Shown here piece after piece: positions 1-18,987 of a stretch of 64,000 nucleotides of DNA (position 1 is its first letter; each line of letters begins with the position of its first letter). The position numbers and the translations under genes were made by a program. This DNA comes from the human T2T-CHM13v2.0 reference genome, Homo sapiens. The notes below the pieces were generated by a model. That model saw only the letters and a program-made list of their open reading frames with translations. It did not search any database and was not told the origin of the DNA. The stretch lies in assembly GCF_009914755.1 (NCBI RefSeq), contig NC_060935.1. One strand, written 5' to 3'.

Positions 1-490
1 AAATTTTCTTTAACCTATGTTTCTATATGTGCATTAGTTTATTTCTCAACTTTTAATTTTGCTTCATTGATCTATTTATCTATTGTTGGCAAAACAAACG
101 ACAATACCTACCCCCTCCCCACAAACACACACAAAAACCACTGGGATAATTACTGAAGCATTATAATATGATTTGCTATGTAAAAAGCCCTCTAATTTAT
201 TTTTTATTTTTTTGGCTGTTTTCAACCCTTTGCTTTTCCATGTGAAGTTTTTATGTCCAGTTTCATTAAAAAATGATTACTATGTATATTAGAATATATT
301 TAAGAAATAAAATAATATCAGGATAATTTACAGCTTTAAATATTATAAATTCCTGTTCATGAACATGGTATATCTATTTAGTTTTTTTTTTTTAATTAAT
401 GAAGTTTTATTATGTGTACATAAAAAGTCTTAATACTTTTCATTACATTTATTCCTAAGTACATTACATTTTGTTTTTGGTATAACTTTC
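1..490 (-). mobile_element. Old L1M (L1ME/L1MC-like) ORF2 fragment
   Basis: T-rich antisense L1 signature, e.g. 'catgaacatggtatatct' and 'tttattcctaagta'; heavily decayed. Confidence 0.6.
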
Positions 491-499
491 TTTTAAGTT

Positions 500-705
500 T
501 TTTTTTTGAAACAATTCTCAAACTTATGGAAAGACTGCAAAAACTGTTCAAGAATACTTTTTCCTGAGCTTTGTTGAGACTAAGTTGCCAACACGATGCC
601 CCATATCCTCAAATTTATTGTTATGTATTTTCTACAAACTAAGAAATTCTATACAAGCAAAACATAATCATCAAACTCAAAAAAGTAACACTGATACATT
701 ACCAA
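500..705 (-). mobile_element. L1MC4/L1MC5-like 3' end fragment
   Basis: 'gagactaagttgccaacacgatgcccc...aaagtaacactgatacatta' resembles the L1MC 3'UTR. Confidence 0.65.
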
Positions 706-1439
706 AAAAGGTTCAGGTACTATAAATAAAAATGTAATAGTTCTACTGTAGCTCATAATAGTGGTATGGAAGTGATTATGCATTTTTTTAAATAGACAAA
801 AATAATGTGTCCTTTTAAAATATAACGTGCTCTCACATTTTTCTCTTGTCTGTGAGATTTGTAAAGAGGGCTAGTACATATATTTTCTTCAAAGCCAGTG
901 ATGCCTTCATGAACTTAAAGGAGACTGATCACTTTTCTCCAAGGTTATTTGCACCTGTCACCTTCACTTCATCTTGAATTCTATTTATATTCTGTTCTTA
1001 TATGGCTTCTAGAGGCTTTGTCTATATTATCCTATCCATTTTGCAGAATATACAAGAGCAGAACGATAATATGGAAAATTTTCATTTAATTTCAACATAG
1101 ATACCAGAGGGAAGTTGGAATGTGAAGTCCTGACACCATAACTATGATGTGGACCAAGAATCATTGTGCTTTTATACTAATTTGTGGTAATTTAAGCAAT
1201 GATCATGTTTCAGCACTGACACGGAGGGAAATGGATACTTCCGGAAGTAGATGTGGTAATTAGGATAATTGTTCTCTATGGCTTCTGGCATCAAAACTCT
1301 TAATTTTTCAATTATTTCTCTTGAGTATGTGAAATGTACTTCCACATTTTATTGGTATTGAGGTTGCTCACGGGACTTGCTTAGAACAATGATTATAAGT
1401 TGCTCTAATTTAAGAAGAGGCTTAAATTGTATCTCATTT

Positions 1440-1620
1440 ACATTTCTGTGCTGTGCTCCTGTGACCCACTATAAGAGGAGCATGCCCCAGTAAGTCTAAG
1501 GAGAACATGTGGGAATGTGGGGACAACCTCAAACCAAATCACAGTCTGGCACCAAGCCTCACTGACTCCAACTTAGATAAGTAGAATCACAGCATATCTG
1601 CAAACTTGTCAGGAAAAAAA
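1440..1620 (+). mobile_element. MLT1H/I-like MaLR LTR fragment
   Basis: 'gagcatgccccag...ccaagcc...ccaacttagataag' resembles the MLT1 3' half. Confidence 0.5.
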
Positions 1621-2484
1621 AAAAGCCACATCTTATCTTTGAGCTTTTCTTACTATTAATTCATTTATACTATCAGATTAATATACTGATATGCCGTAGG
1701 TACCTAGAAGCAGCATATCACTTATAATCCAGATCCACCTGGGACTGCATAAATTAACAAGAAGAAGCAAGATCATTTATCACAAATTTTAAATATTGAT
1801 AAACATAGTGTTCATGCAGTATGTCAGAAGGCATTTGATGTAAAAAAATTGCTATTTCACTTTTAACTTCTAATTTACTTGACATTGTATACCATACAGA
1901 TTTACATGTACTAAAAATACTCGATTACTCACCTACATGCACACCTTCAATATACAAAGCATAGTTTTTAAATTATTTTATTTGATTCCATTTGCTCTTA
2001 TATGTATAGAAATGCAATATTTCTATTGAATCTAATAATAAAAATATACATGCTTCTGATGTCTGTGCTTTTTATTAGATTTTTCTATTCATTCTTACTA
2101 TATTTTGCAAAACGTCATACTGAAGTAGAAAGAATGTTTTCAATGATCCCTCAACTGCCTTGTAGGCCTACAGACCAATATAAATGTGTCTTCCAAAAAT
2201 ATTTTGTGATAAGAGTAGTGTACCAAAGAGAAAGGGGCATGTGAAATATAGAAAGTGGTGCCGATGTCAAAACCTGAAGTTATAGTAGGTACTGAAGTCA
2301 CATGTGTCTTTGCAGATGGCACTTTGTGTTAAGAGAAGCAAGCCCACTGATAATTGGACAAAATAATAGCCACCTAGAAAGGCCAATTATGAGGCAAAAC
2401 TACATCATCCCATGCAGAATCTATAAGAGGAGAAGGAGGAGGAGAATAGGAAGAGAAAAGGGCGAGAGAGGAAGAGAAAGAGAT

Positions 2485-2800
2485 AGATCAGCCAGGGTTG
2501 TTAGCTATAAACAATAGAATCTACTCTGGCTACTTTCAGCAGCCTAGGCCTTTGCAAGGGATATTAGGGTCCACAGAATGCCTATGAGTTCCAACAATAT
2601 ACTTAAGTCACTACTGGTAAAACATCTAAGTACACCTTTCTACAAAGTCACCATTGCAACTTTGCTTCTCATCTTTGAAGCTAGGGGTGTTGAATGGTAA
2701 AAAAAACAGCCACAGCTGTTCCTGAAGAAGCAAATGCATCAGAACACAGTAACGTGAACTCATGTGGAAGATCTATAATGATACCTGCGTGTTACCCTGC
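2485..2800 (-). mobile_element. MLT1N/O-like MaLR LTR fragment
   Basis: 'cagggttgttagctataaacaatagaatctactctggct' resembles the MLT1N2 terminus. Confidence 0.45.
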
Positions 2801-2897
2801 TGATAGAGGACTTCTGGAAGAAATATTTAAAATGATAGTCATAGGAAACCAAGAAATGCCAGAAATTAAAGATTTTTTTGAAAATTTCAGAAACATA

Positions 2898-3355
2898 CTA
2901 TATTAGTTATCTATTGCTGCAATAATGCTATGTGCATACATACCAAAATACATGTGACTTTGTACATATCTGTGGATTTCAAAACACTGTTCTGTGTGTT
3001 GGCTATAACTCTCCTGGGCTCAGCTGAACTTGGCTCCAGGCTTTGGGTTGCGGTCAGGTACACTCCAAATATCTCCACATTCTCCCTGGATCATCAGCTA
3101 CTAGGAACATGTTCTTCTTGTGGCAAATCACAAGGGCAAATATGAGCTACCCACACTATATGAGTGTCTTTCAAGCTTCTAGTTACGTCATATCCACTGA
3201 CATCTTTTCCATCATTCAAAACATATCATGGATCAAGTCAACATCAATGAGAAAGGGCAATATGATCCACTCACTCAAAAAGAAGTATATGAAGTCACAA
3301 AAAAAGGAAATAGATACAGTGAAAAATGGCAGATAATTATCCAATTTTACTACCC
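2898..3355 (-). mobile_element. MLT1I/H-like MaLR LTR
   Basis: Starts 'tatattagttatctattgctgc'; internal 'ggctcagctgaacttggctccaggc' and 'acgtcatatccactgacatc'. Confidence 0.7.
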
Positions 3356-3620
3356 CTAAGTGTATTGGAAAATGTTCACTTCCTTGTAAGAACTAATGCC
3401 CAGGAATGTTTAATAATGCTTAAATTAGAGCAAAAGTACTGTAGTTCTCAGTTAAAAAAAAGATTTTATGGCAGGGCTTTACCTTGCTCCTACAATCTTA
3501 TGGTGATATTATCTGGAAAGTTCCTAAATTAAGGCTTTATTCTTATAACTATCATGGGATATGAGACTATTGTGCAAAGCCACCAGAAGACACAGGAAGG
3601 CCAAATGTGCATAGAATTTA

Positions 3621-3930
<310 letters not shown>

Positions 3931-4940
3931 TCTAAAGTGTAGAAAAGAAATTTATGAAAATTTGCCTATTCTCTTCCAAAGCCATCCAAATATCCTTACA
4001 AAACGACACACAGACAATATAACATCTATCTTAACTGCTTAAATGATCTGTTTTAATAACACTCATAGTAGAAAAACCAGAGTAAAGGAGGCATATTGAC
4101 AGGAATGGAAGAAAAAAATTTAAAGCAGTTTTATCAATCACAGGGTATTTATTTTACTTAATCCAAAATGAAGTAAGTAATACCATACTTTCAAAGTTTA
4201 ACTTTAGTAATTCATAAATAGCCAACTTGAACAATTGAGACTATAAAGACATAGTCAAATTTAACTTACATTTTCATGATAGAAATAAGTATCAGATCCA
4301 AGAATTTTCTATGCTTCAAACTTCTTTTGGTGAAAAATAAAATTCAAATCATTCTATCAAATGTGTAAAATATTCAGTGACACTTTTTTAAAATGCATGA
4401 TATAAATGCCATTACTTCATTGGATTATTGTTCTTAAATTATGAGTCATAATGATTTGTACATCCTCTCATCTTCCAAACATGATTTTTTCCCCCTGTGA
4501 TGTCATCTTTAATTGGGAAAAAAAAAAGACCTAGCTTCCTTACATAGCAGCTTTAAGATCATTGAAAACAAACCAAAATATCTGAAAAATAAGCAGGTTC
4601 ACTATTTATTCACATTGAAAGTTGGGTCTCAACTGTTTTCTTTTATGTAGAAACATTAAGAATTTGTTGCATAGTTCAAACATTATTGGCAGAAAATTTC
4701 CTCACAGTAAACATCATACATAAATCCAATTCTTAATAATCAGAATTTATATTATCATATGAATAAGCACTACTTGAGGTTTTTTCTGTTAATTGGTTTA
4801 TCTCTTAGAATAAAGAAAATAGTATTTAATACACTAGTCTTTTCATAATTCATAAATTTTGCTGTATCACTAAGTACATTAGTTAGATCTGCAGATTTTT
4901 TTTTTCCATTGCAAAACTTGATCGGTGAAGAAATCAGTAA

Positions 4941-5346
<406 letters not shown>

Positions 5347-6462
5347 TGTTGACAACGTAATTCTTAATAGTTTTATACAAAACAGAGCTGGTTGTGTATC
5401 TAGGCAATGAAACTAAAGAAAAAAAATGTCCTTCATATTACTATCATGTTCAAGGTATACATATAATAAGTTATATTAGCAATGTCTGTTCATTACTTAA
5501 GTTGTAATGAAAAACATTTTGCTAGCTTAACGTGTGCCATGACATGGCTTCCGTATCATTGCAAAATTATTTATATGTTCATCTCTGGTGGCACTGGAAC
5601 ATGGCACTTCTTGCCCTGGAATACTCACTCCCAACATTTTTAAGAAAATAATATTGGTACACACTTTCAGTAATATCTGAAAAGCCTAAAGTTCTATTTT
5701 AAAAGTAGCCAGCAAAACCACAATGTAAAATATTGAATATCTGCTTTTGTCTACTTTTTAGTTCAATTTCTGCCAAATAATTTAGATTTTACATTGTGTC
5801 TTTATGTTTTTGTAAGTAAGCTCTACTTGAGTGGTTATTTCTGTATTAATTAGTTTGTCTCTTAGAATAAAATGTGGTGGGTTTAATATTTAACAATTAA
5901 ATATTACTGCAAAATCATATTTAACATTAGGGAAACTAGTAAAGGCTCTTGGTCTTTATGTGGAAAGACATTTATCATATGTTTTGTTACTACTGTCCTT
6001 TTCAGAAAAAAAATATGTTTTTTCAGAATTTTAGTAATATTTCCTTTGCCACTGGTAAATTAGAAATATAAACAAAGCAAATTATTTTAAAATAAAGAAT
6101 CATATTATCCTTTTAAAAATGTTGTTTGGGAAATGGCGCAATATTAAGAGAGAACAATCTTACCCAGTATGGGTAGAAATAGACCTACATCCCAAGGTCC
6201 CTGGCAAATCCCCTTAGATTCATATTTTAATCCTGCTATTGCTGCAGTATCCAACTCCACGCAGGCTTCAACCAGTTTCACACAGCTGCCTTTTAGCATT
6301 GCCTTTTCTCAAAATACTGCACACTTCTCATTTCCCACTTAACCACAGGAAGTACAGGAGAGTTATCACCCTGTAGATCAATGCCTAGCCAAAAGGTGTG
6401 GGGGAATTAGAGATAAATGAGTACTCCTTTTTTTCAGGGCAGAAGGTCCGGAGCTATGTCTT

Positions 6463-7116
<654 letters not shown>

Positions 7117-7767
7117 CTCTTTAATAAGACTTCTCTAAAGGTCCTGTAGAACCCAGCAATCAGTTTTTTCAAAACTGGCTACTGCTCTCCCTCCTTCCCA
7201 ATATTCTACTCAGTTCCTCATTCCTGGTCCCCTGGATTATGTTCCCAAGTAAATTATTTGCACAAAAACCTTTGTCTCATGCTGTGATATTAGGTAATCC
7301 AGCCTAAGAGAGCCACTATCACTGTCCAGGAATAAAAACGTATGGATTCTCCCTTATCTAGTCTATTATTCTTTGTTCATCGGCTTTGTTCTGGGTATTT
7401 TAAGAAATTCAAATACAAGATTAAATTCAACTCTAAACGTTTGAAAATACCATTCTCACAGTTCCCAGAAAGTAATATTTTCCCCTCTCACACAAATTAT
7501 AAGAAACAAAAAATATGTTTTTCTTCTGCATGCTTACACTAAAAAAAACAAAAGAAATTCTTACTTTTCTCATCTACTGTCATCGGACTCTCTACATTTC
7601 CAATATATGTTCTAATTTGGCAATCTAAAGAGAAAGTGAGGCTATACAATACATCTAAAAAGATCACAAAATGGCCCCAGCACACCTTCTTTAAAATGTT
7701 TTTCATATTGAAAGCAAGACATAACTTTAGCTATAAGTCATAAATTTATAACCAATGGATATTTGCC

Positions 7768-9165
7768 ATTTATTCAACAAATATTTATGGAATACCCACT
7801 ACATTCTAAATATTGTTCTTATTGCTGAGAAATATTAAAGAGCCAAAAAATGTCCTATATTCACAGAGACTAAATTCTAACTAGAGAGACAAACAATAAA
7901 CCTGAAAAATAACAACTACAAACAAAATTATCCAAAAGATAAATAAGATGAGGCAGGGAGCAGTGGCTCACGTCTGTAATCCCAAAACTTTGGGAGGCCG
8001 AGGAGGGTGGATCACAAGGTCAGGAGACCGAGACCATCCTGACTAACACGCTGAAACCCTGTCTCTACTAAAAGTACAAAAGAAATTAGCCGGGCATGGT
8101 GGCGGGCGCCTGTAGTCCCAGCTACTCAGGAGGCTGAGGCAGGAGAATGGCATGAATCTGGGAGGCGGAGCTAGCAGTGAGCCGAGATTGCACCACTGCA
8201 CTCCAGCCTGGACGACAGAGCAAGACGCCGTCTCAAAAAAAAAAAAAAAAAAAAAAAGGCAAATAAGATGAATGCTTAGGGGAAAAAAAGCAGAGAAAGA
8301 AGATATGAGATTGTTAACATGGTGGTGAGGGGTGGAGTAAGGAAAATAAAAAATTAAGTTGGCAAGAAAATCCTCACTAAGAAGGTAAGACATTTAGGTA
8401 AAAAGTCAAAGTACATATATATATATATATATGCGGCAGCCGGCTGTGCAGTCAGTTTGGGAAAGAGTGCTTCAGACAGAAGGAAAAGGTCACACAGGAA
8501 ATGTTCCACAAGGATGCCTGATGTGGTGCAGGAGTAGCAAGGGTGTGAGCGTAACTGGGATGGAGTGAATCCAAGCAGAGGGAGGTAATAGCAGCACAGT
8601 GATGGGCAGTGAACATTGGGTACAGAGTCACAGATTGCAGCTGAACTTCTGCTTCCATTCTGAAATAAGAAACCAGTAGTTGATTTTGAGCCAAGGGAAA
8701 ATATGACCTGATTTCTCTTTTAACAGAATTACTCTAATTATTTGAATAAGAATAGACTAAAAGTGGGATGACAATGGGAGAAGGTAGACTATTCAGGAAG
8801 CTATTGCAATAAGCCAGGCAGAGAATCATTGTGTCTTGAACAGATAACAGTATATATGGAAGAAAGTGTTTGAATTTTGAATAGAATCTCAAAGTAAACC
8901 AAGACGATTTGCTCAATAATTGGTATTTTAATAGGATAAAGAAAAGTCAAGAAGGCAAGGGTAGTGCCAAAGTTTCTATCCTGAAGAACTAGAAGAAAAT
9001 ACTGAGCACCTACTGGGAAATACTTCACTTTGGGGGGCCATGAGATAGGAAAAATTATAAGCTTAGTTTTGGAAATCTATTTTCCAAACATAGCAACAGA
9101 TGTCTTTAGAGTATCTGTTAGACACCCCAGAGAACATGTCAAGAAGGCTGGTGGCTATATGTCTA
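7768..9165 (-). mobile_element. L2a, split by AluY
   Basis: 'atttattcaacaaatatttat' 3' terminus; ORF 8734-8916(-) 'ILCLAYCNSFLNSLP' resembles the L2 ORF2 motif 'ISRLDYCNSLLTGLP'. Confidence 0.85.
7952..8257 (+). mobile_element. AluY
   Basis: Full dimer, poly-A tail, TSD aaataagatga. Confidence 0.95.
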
Positions 9166-9390
9166 TATAAAGAGTAACTTCAAAAATGTTTTAGGAAAAT
9201 TTGTTTAGTGATTTTAGCTATTAATACATACAAACCTCATATTGCCTTGTGTTCATCTTCTAAGTGCTTGAGTATTCATAAATTTTATTAAATGTATTAC
9301 TCTTGGCAGAAGGAAAAATCAAACTGAGAAAGGTTATTCTTGCACTGTCATCTATCCTAGGACCAGCTTGAATCCACATTTTCATTTTAC

Positions 9391-9685
9391 TTTTTTTTTG
9401 AAATGTAGTCTCACTCTATTGCCCAGGCTGGAGAGTAGTGGCACAATCAATCTCGGCTCACTGCAACCTCTGTCTCCTGGGTTCAGGCGATTCTCCTGCC
9501 TCAGCCTACCAAGTAGCTGGGATTACAGGCAAGCGCCACCACCCCTGGCTAATTTTTGTATTTTTAGTAGAGATGGGGTTTCACCACATTGGCCAGGCTA
9601 TTCTCGAACCCCTAAACTCAAGTGATCCGCCAGCCTTGGCCTCCCAGAGTGCTGGGAATACAGGCATGAGCCATGGTGCCCGGCC
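9391..9685 (-). mobile_element. AluS (Sx/Sz-like)
   Basis: Full reverse dimer with S-type 'tgcaacctc' and 'ctcaagtgatcc'. Confidence 0.92.
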
Positions 9686-12339
9686 GCCATTTTTTTAAAC
9701 AAACTCATTTTACCCCCTTATTTCATGATTTTCACATGATATATGACTTCCTCTGACTTACAACTTTTTTTAAATACTTGTATAATTTCTTTAGAACGAG
9801 AAGATTAATGTTTTTAGCTTTGGTAAATTTTTAAAACTTTGTTTCAAAAATACATAAGACCTATTTAAGTTTAATCTTATTTATCTTCAGTAAAAACAAT
9901 TAAAAACATTGACAGTTCTCTTTTGCCATATCAAACACTTAAAAAAATAAAAAACATTAATAAAGTAGTTAGAGTTAATGAATGTCAAACAAATTCTTTC
10001 TTCACTTACATGAAGTTGCAAAATTTCTGGAAATCATTTTCATAAAATAGTTGGCAAAATGTTCTAAGGCAGTAACAATGTAAGAAATCCATGATAGATT
10101 GAGTGAAACTACCAAATGATAGGCAGAGAAACTTATGTCACTATATTATCCTTTTTGGGTTTACTTGTGTTTTATCGATTTTTAATATTGACAAATATTG
10201 TATTTTTTTTCATCTGGTCTGCAGTTACAATTAAGTATTCTCAGCTAATATTTACAAGTCAAGAAGGTCTCTAACACTAGAGAAACTGAAGAGGTATATA
10301 ACTAATCTCAAATAGTCCTAAAGAATGATTTCACTTTTTGAAAAAGAATGTTGGTATACCTGAATTAGCCAACGTTCAGAAATTGAAAATTTTATGTTAC
10401 AGAATTAAAAGCTCAGTGTGAAGTGTCTAAGTCTAGCTATTTGAGCAAGCAGGCAAGGATCTGCTCTCAGTTTCCAAATGCCTACAGAATAAATATGTGG
10501 CTTAAGAATGCCAAGAAAAAGACCTGCTTATTTCATCCTTTGGAAAATTCAACAATAAAAACAAGGAAATTCTAGCACTGAGTTCTCTGTAGAAATTTTT
10601 GACAAAATCTATCACTTTGAACAAATGGGTCAGTAACCATCAAGAATAGAAGAATTCCAAAGTATCACTGGGTCTTCCAAAAAAAAAGCTAGAAACAGAT
10701 ATCTAAAAAAAAAAAAACTTATGAAAAATATACAACGAAGTAAAACACCATAACTCCTGTGCCTTCTTTATACAAATATACACACACACAATAAATAACT
10801 TACATTTCTGTGCTTAGCAACGGAGCGTTTGCACTTTTGAAGGAGACATCAACACCTATGACATGTAGGTATTTGTGATGAAAATACACTTTCTACATTT
10901 CATAGTAGTTATGAGAAAATAAAACAATACATGTCAAGCATGATTTTAAATTGCATATGCTATTTGCTGCCCCCTAAGCAGGCAGAATCAAGTAGCTTGG
11001 CAGTGAGTCAGGGGCCACCCAGTATTTGTATCTCAATAAGAACTGCTCAGACTCCCTTCTCAACGTCAAGGGTCTATTGTCCTTGTACTCACAAACAGAA
11101 ATATTTTCAGCAGAACCATCTCTGCAAAGACACAAGAAATATCTATACAGAACTGAAGAATTCAAAACTGCCAGTATTCTCAATTAACAAACTATCACCT
11201 CAAAAAGGTCATTCCTGCAGTATTTCTCACCAGGTTTGGAGCTACTGAGATTAAATCTTTGAAACCTGGCCACAACGAATGACAGATTCTGATTGCAAAG
11301 CCTGCTGCATAACCCAGGGTGGAAAAAAAAATTATTTTTTTGTGCTTCCTCACTCTCTACTTTAGGTCATACTTTGCCTACACTCTAATCCTTCCAATTA
11401 AAAATTAAAGTGTATGGCATCTAAATATCCCCTAGAGTATTTATTTGCATAACATTCATGTATCTTTTAATTTTCATACAACTGACAGCTAGTAGATTGG
11501 AGTGAAACAATTATTTCAAATAATGCCAGCACAACACTTTTCTATCCCCATGGAGAGCACTTGTGTCAATTAACAAGAAAATTCCATCATAGGAGAAAAT
11601 GATGATTCTTCTGGTGCCAAATGTAGGCCAAGTGTAGGCAGGAACCATCCCTAGGGTATGAAGAATTTAAATAATTGCCTCGTGTATCTGGCTTTGTGAC
11701 TCTCATAGAATGAGCTGTTTTACAGAACAGACACTGTGGTGGAAGAAGACGGAAAAGAAATCTGCTGAGTATTATCCTACTAACCACGTTTAATGGTGTC
11801 AGAGTGTAGACAGGATTAGAAAGTCTAAATCCTGTTCTTGCTATTAGTTGCCCCTGAGAGAGATTAAGTGTGGACAAAATTATTACTAACCAGAGTCTTG
11901 ATCCAAATTTCAGGATAAGGTCTTGGTGAACATGCCATGAATGAACATCTGTTACATTTCTAGCTAAAAGTCGAAACGAAAATCAACCCAGAGAACTTAC
12001 GTAGTCATTGTTTTCTCCAGGCTCCATACCCGTAAGTGCTAAATGCTAAAACTTTAGAAGAAATGTTGGAAAGATACATAACTGTTGTTATATTTATTTT
12101 ACAATTGTCAATATTGCAATCTTTCATTAAAATAAGATACAAAAAGAAATCTTTGAACATGGGCTGAGATTGTACATGTGATCAATATCTACAGATTAAA
12201 TAAAGCATAACTTTTATGCCCAAGTTGACATCATGCTACACCCTAAACTAATGCCTACCACCTAATATTGATCTTTGGTGCTTTAACATAGTAAAGGCAA
12301 AACAGATAAAGAAAGATGGCGTATATAATTACCGTTTAT

Positions 12340-12862
12340 TTGCTGAGGATTCCAACTGCTGACTCATAAATTCAGTTGCCTAGTCAACCTCTCCCCTTGG
12401 ATATCTAATAGACATCCCTGCCTCAAAATACCGACAACTAAGATTCTAATATGCCCAACATAGAATGAGCTCAATTCAGCTCATTTCACATTCTTCCCAA
12501 TTTCAGTTAAGAGTATCTGAATCTTTCCCATTTCTTAGGCAAAAATATTAAAGAAATACTTGACTACAGTTTTTCTTCTATACTCCACGTCAAAGTCATC
12601 AACACATCCTATCTGATCTATGGCCAAAATATATCTACATCTGATCTCTTCTCACCACTTGTACTAGTATCACACTTGTCTAAGTCACAATCATCTGCCA
12701 TAAAATTTACTTCCTTCTTACTGGTCTCTTTCCTTCTATTGTTTCAGCCTATTCTGAACACAGAAATGAGGCATTAAAATACGTCACGACTGGCCCCAAA
12801 ATTTCCCAAAGTCTTTGATTTTGGATAGGAGAAGTGGCATTCTTTAATATACTCACTAGGGT
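12340..12862 (+). mobile_element. L2 fragment (resumes ~13300-13370)
   Basis: 'ccttggatatctaatagacatc', 'cttctcaccac', 'cactagaatgtaa' are L2 hallmarks. Confidence 0.75.
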
Positions 12863-13300
12863 TGTGATGGATAATTTTACCTGTCAGCTTGAAAGGGTCA
12901 GGGGCTCCCCTGATATTTTGTCAAGCATTATTCTGGGTGTTTGTATAAGAATGCTTTCGGGTGAGTTCAACATTTAAATCTATAGACTGAGTAAAACCGA
13001 TTGCTTTTTCTAATGTGGGTGAGTCTCATCCAATCCCAGGACAACCTGAATAGAATATAAAACTAACCGTTCCCCAAATAAAAGGCAACTCCTTCTGCCT
13101 GTCTTCAAACTGAGACATGAGACTTTTTCTTCCTTCCAACTCAAAGTGAAACACAGGCTCTTCTTGAGTCTTGAGCCTGATGATCTTTGGATTAAACTAT
13201 ACCATCAGCTCTCCTGGGTTTCCAGCTTCCCAGCTGCAGATATTAGGACTTCCTGGCATCTGAAATCATGAGAGCCAATCCCTTATAATAAATCTCTGTC
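12863..13300 (+). mobile_element. MLT2B-like ERVL LTR
   Basis: 'tgtgatggataatttt...attattctgggtgt...agactgagtaaa...ccttataataaatctct'. Confidence 0.85.
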
Positions 13301-14861
13301 GCTAACTCACTTGCTATATATTTTATTTATCTAGTTTATTTCCTCTCTCCGCTCACTAGAATGTAACCTATTCCTTTACGTGGGTAGCCGTAAGCAGTGT
13401 AAAATGAACAGACATGGTTTTTTTCAATCAGGAATAGTAAATATATGTTTGTAGAGAAAAAAGAATGAGAGAATGATTAATTGGATGATAAATAGAAGGA
13501 AGGTATATAGGAGATAAAACAAAGAGGAAAATAGGTAAATTTAAAAGTAAATTTTAAACAAAGTAAACATAAAATTATTTATACTTTCCAAACAATGAAA
13601 TACTTCAAACATTTATATCTACCATCATTACCTTTTTTCAAAATCATATGTCCTACTTTCCTAAGTACTTTTTCAATATGTGATGACAACATAAAAATTT
13701 CTGAATGTAAAATCACATACACATAATCAAAGATGATGTTAGAATGTTAGAATCGTACACTGATTCTTTTGTTTCCAAATGCCTGAAGAAAGTGTATACT
13801 TTTTTCTCTGAATGGGAATATTCAATCTAGATTATCTGTCCCAAATTATCTTATGAATGATACCAGGTATTTTATTTTTATAAACTTATGCTATCAAAAA
13901 TTAACTTATTTGCTATTCTAATTGTCAATGTTCCTTTCTAAGATAGACACTGAAAATGCCAACTTCATTTTAAATTTCAAACTGATTTTATAAAAAAAAA
14001 AAACCTTTATTAATGGACTCATGATTTAATGAGTTTTTTAACAACAAAGAATAAATCACACTTTCTACTTCACACATATGCAAATTGAATTCTATGTTAA
14101 AAGTTCATTACATCAGAAATATAATTAAACTGAGGTTTGAAGCATAGTCTTTATTTTTCTGTCTAAAATAATGATTAAGAGGTTTCCATGGAAATAATTC
14201 TGTACTTTAATATCCAGTGTAAATAGCTATTGATTCAGGCATCTGTTGAGATTCAGAAGAAAGTTAGCAAAATGGCTCAAGTATAATTGGATTATATGTA
14301 GAGCCATTTCTTTTATCTTTTGATTCAGACAGGATCCAAATATGATCCTTTATGATTACCAATTATTTCAAAGATAACTAGGAATTGATATTTTTTCATA
14401 TATGGAGACCATGCAATGCCAGAAATCCCATTTGACTAAGCCATTAAAATGTAAGGAATTACTTACTGAAGTTTTCTCATTACTAAAATAAACATGGCTC
14501 AGAATTGCAGCTTTAGGACCTAGACAGGTGCAAAATTTTCCAAAAGCATTTTTTTCCTCAGAACCAAAAATATAAGTATTTTATTTTAAAAGAATTGCTG
14601 AAGACTACATTAAATACCTAAATTTGTCATGGCCCTTCACCAGTGAGCAGTAATTTACAGCTGTTAACAGAAGTTGTTTTTTAGTTCTGAACATTTATTG
14701 TTTAAAGAAGGGATTTATTTATCTCATTTTGATATTTGTGAAACTACTATATTTCCTTCATTTTACACTTTCCTTGCCTTCTTGAAATATATAAAAGCAA
14801 GAAAAAATGTGGATTGTTAGATATTTACAGTCTTCTGCCACCCCAAAATTCACACGCACAC

Positions 14862-17465
<2,604 letters not shown>

Positions 17466-17676
17466 TACACACAGACACACAAGTATTTCTGCAGTATAAG
17501 TTCTGCTGAGTAAGCCATGGTTGGAACTTCCATTTGGAGAAATTAAACTGAGCTACCAAAGAAAGGAATAGAAAAAAAAAAAATGGAAAGGAATCCATGA
17601 CTTACCTGAAAATATATGATCACTTTTTGTGTCATAGGCATTTTTGATGTCTTCTCAACCCCTAGATTTCCCCCCA

Positions 17677-17678
<2 letters not shown>

Positions 17679-17722
<44 letters not shown>
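17679..17722. repeat. (AC)22 microsatellite
   Basis: Perfect dinucleotide run. Confidence 0.98.
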
Positions 17723-17725
<3 letters not shown>

Positions 17726-18160
17726 GCAAAGAGACTGGGCCACGCTGCAGAAAGCTCAAAGATGCAGCTAATAATAAAAATGAATTACTCTACATAACTG
17801 AATGTAATGTAAACCTGGATATAATGCAATATCCCCCCAATAACCAGTGAAAATACTTAATATTTTATTGATTGACATGTTTGTTACAATACCTTTTTGA
17901 AAAGTATAAGACAAATTATATATTTAAAATAATTAATTTCATTATATAAAATATACAAAAGTATATGTCATATACAGTAGGAGGGTAGTTTACAAATATT
18001 GCCATTTTAAACAATTTTATTTCATAAATTTATTGAAACACTCCTTGTACTTTTTCAACATTAGCACATGGGTCATTACTGGGTCTACTTTTTCAGTAAC
18101 GTAGGTTTTTAAAACATACCATTTTTACTTTCATTAAAGTTGTATGAAATTTTGCATATT

Positions 18161-18428
18161 ACTTTGGGAGGCCGAGGCGGGCGGATCAGGAGGTCAGGAG
18201 ATAAAGACCATCCTGGCTAACACGGTGAAACCCCATCTCTACTAAAAATACAAAAAATTAGCCGGGTGTCGTGGCGGGCGCCTGTAGTCCCAGCTACTCA
18301 GGAGGCTGGGGCAAGATAATGGCATTCACCTGGGAGGTGGAGCTTGCAGTGGGCCGAGATCGCGCCACGGCACACTGCGCTCCAGCCTGGGCGACAGAGC
18401 AAGACTCCCTCCCCCACCCAAAAAAAAA
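18161..18428 (+). mobile_element. 5'-truncated AluY
   Basis: Starts 'actttgggagg'; TSD gaa(a/g)ttttgcatattac. Confidence 0.94.
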
Positions 18429-18665
18429 GAAGTTTTGCATATTACATGTTTCCATCACCTGAACTTTTATTCCAAGCCACAAGTACACATGGTAGAATAG
18501 GTATATCTTTTTCTTATCATGTGAGGTTACACTTGTGAGTTCTACAATGCAACCACTTTATTGTTATTTATAAGGGATCTTTAAAATACTTAAAATTTCT
18601 GTCTATTCTTGCAATTGTGAGATCAATCACAGGGTCACAGGGAATAATCACTAAATGCGACATAA

Positions 18666-18987
<322 letters not shown>

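Noticed and set aside
2425-2487. Purine-rich tract giving an Arg/Glu-rich ORF
   Set aside because: GA-rich low-complexity DNA without a clear mirror repeat; not coding.
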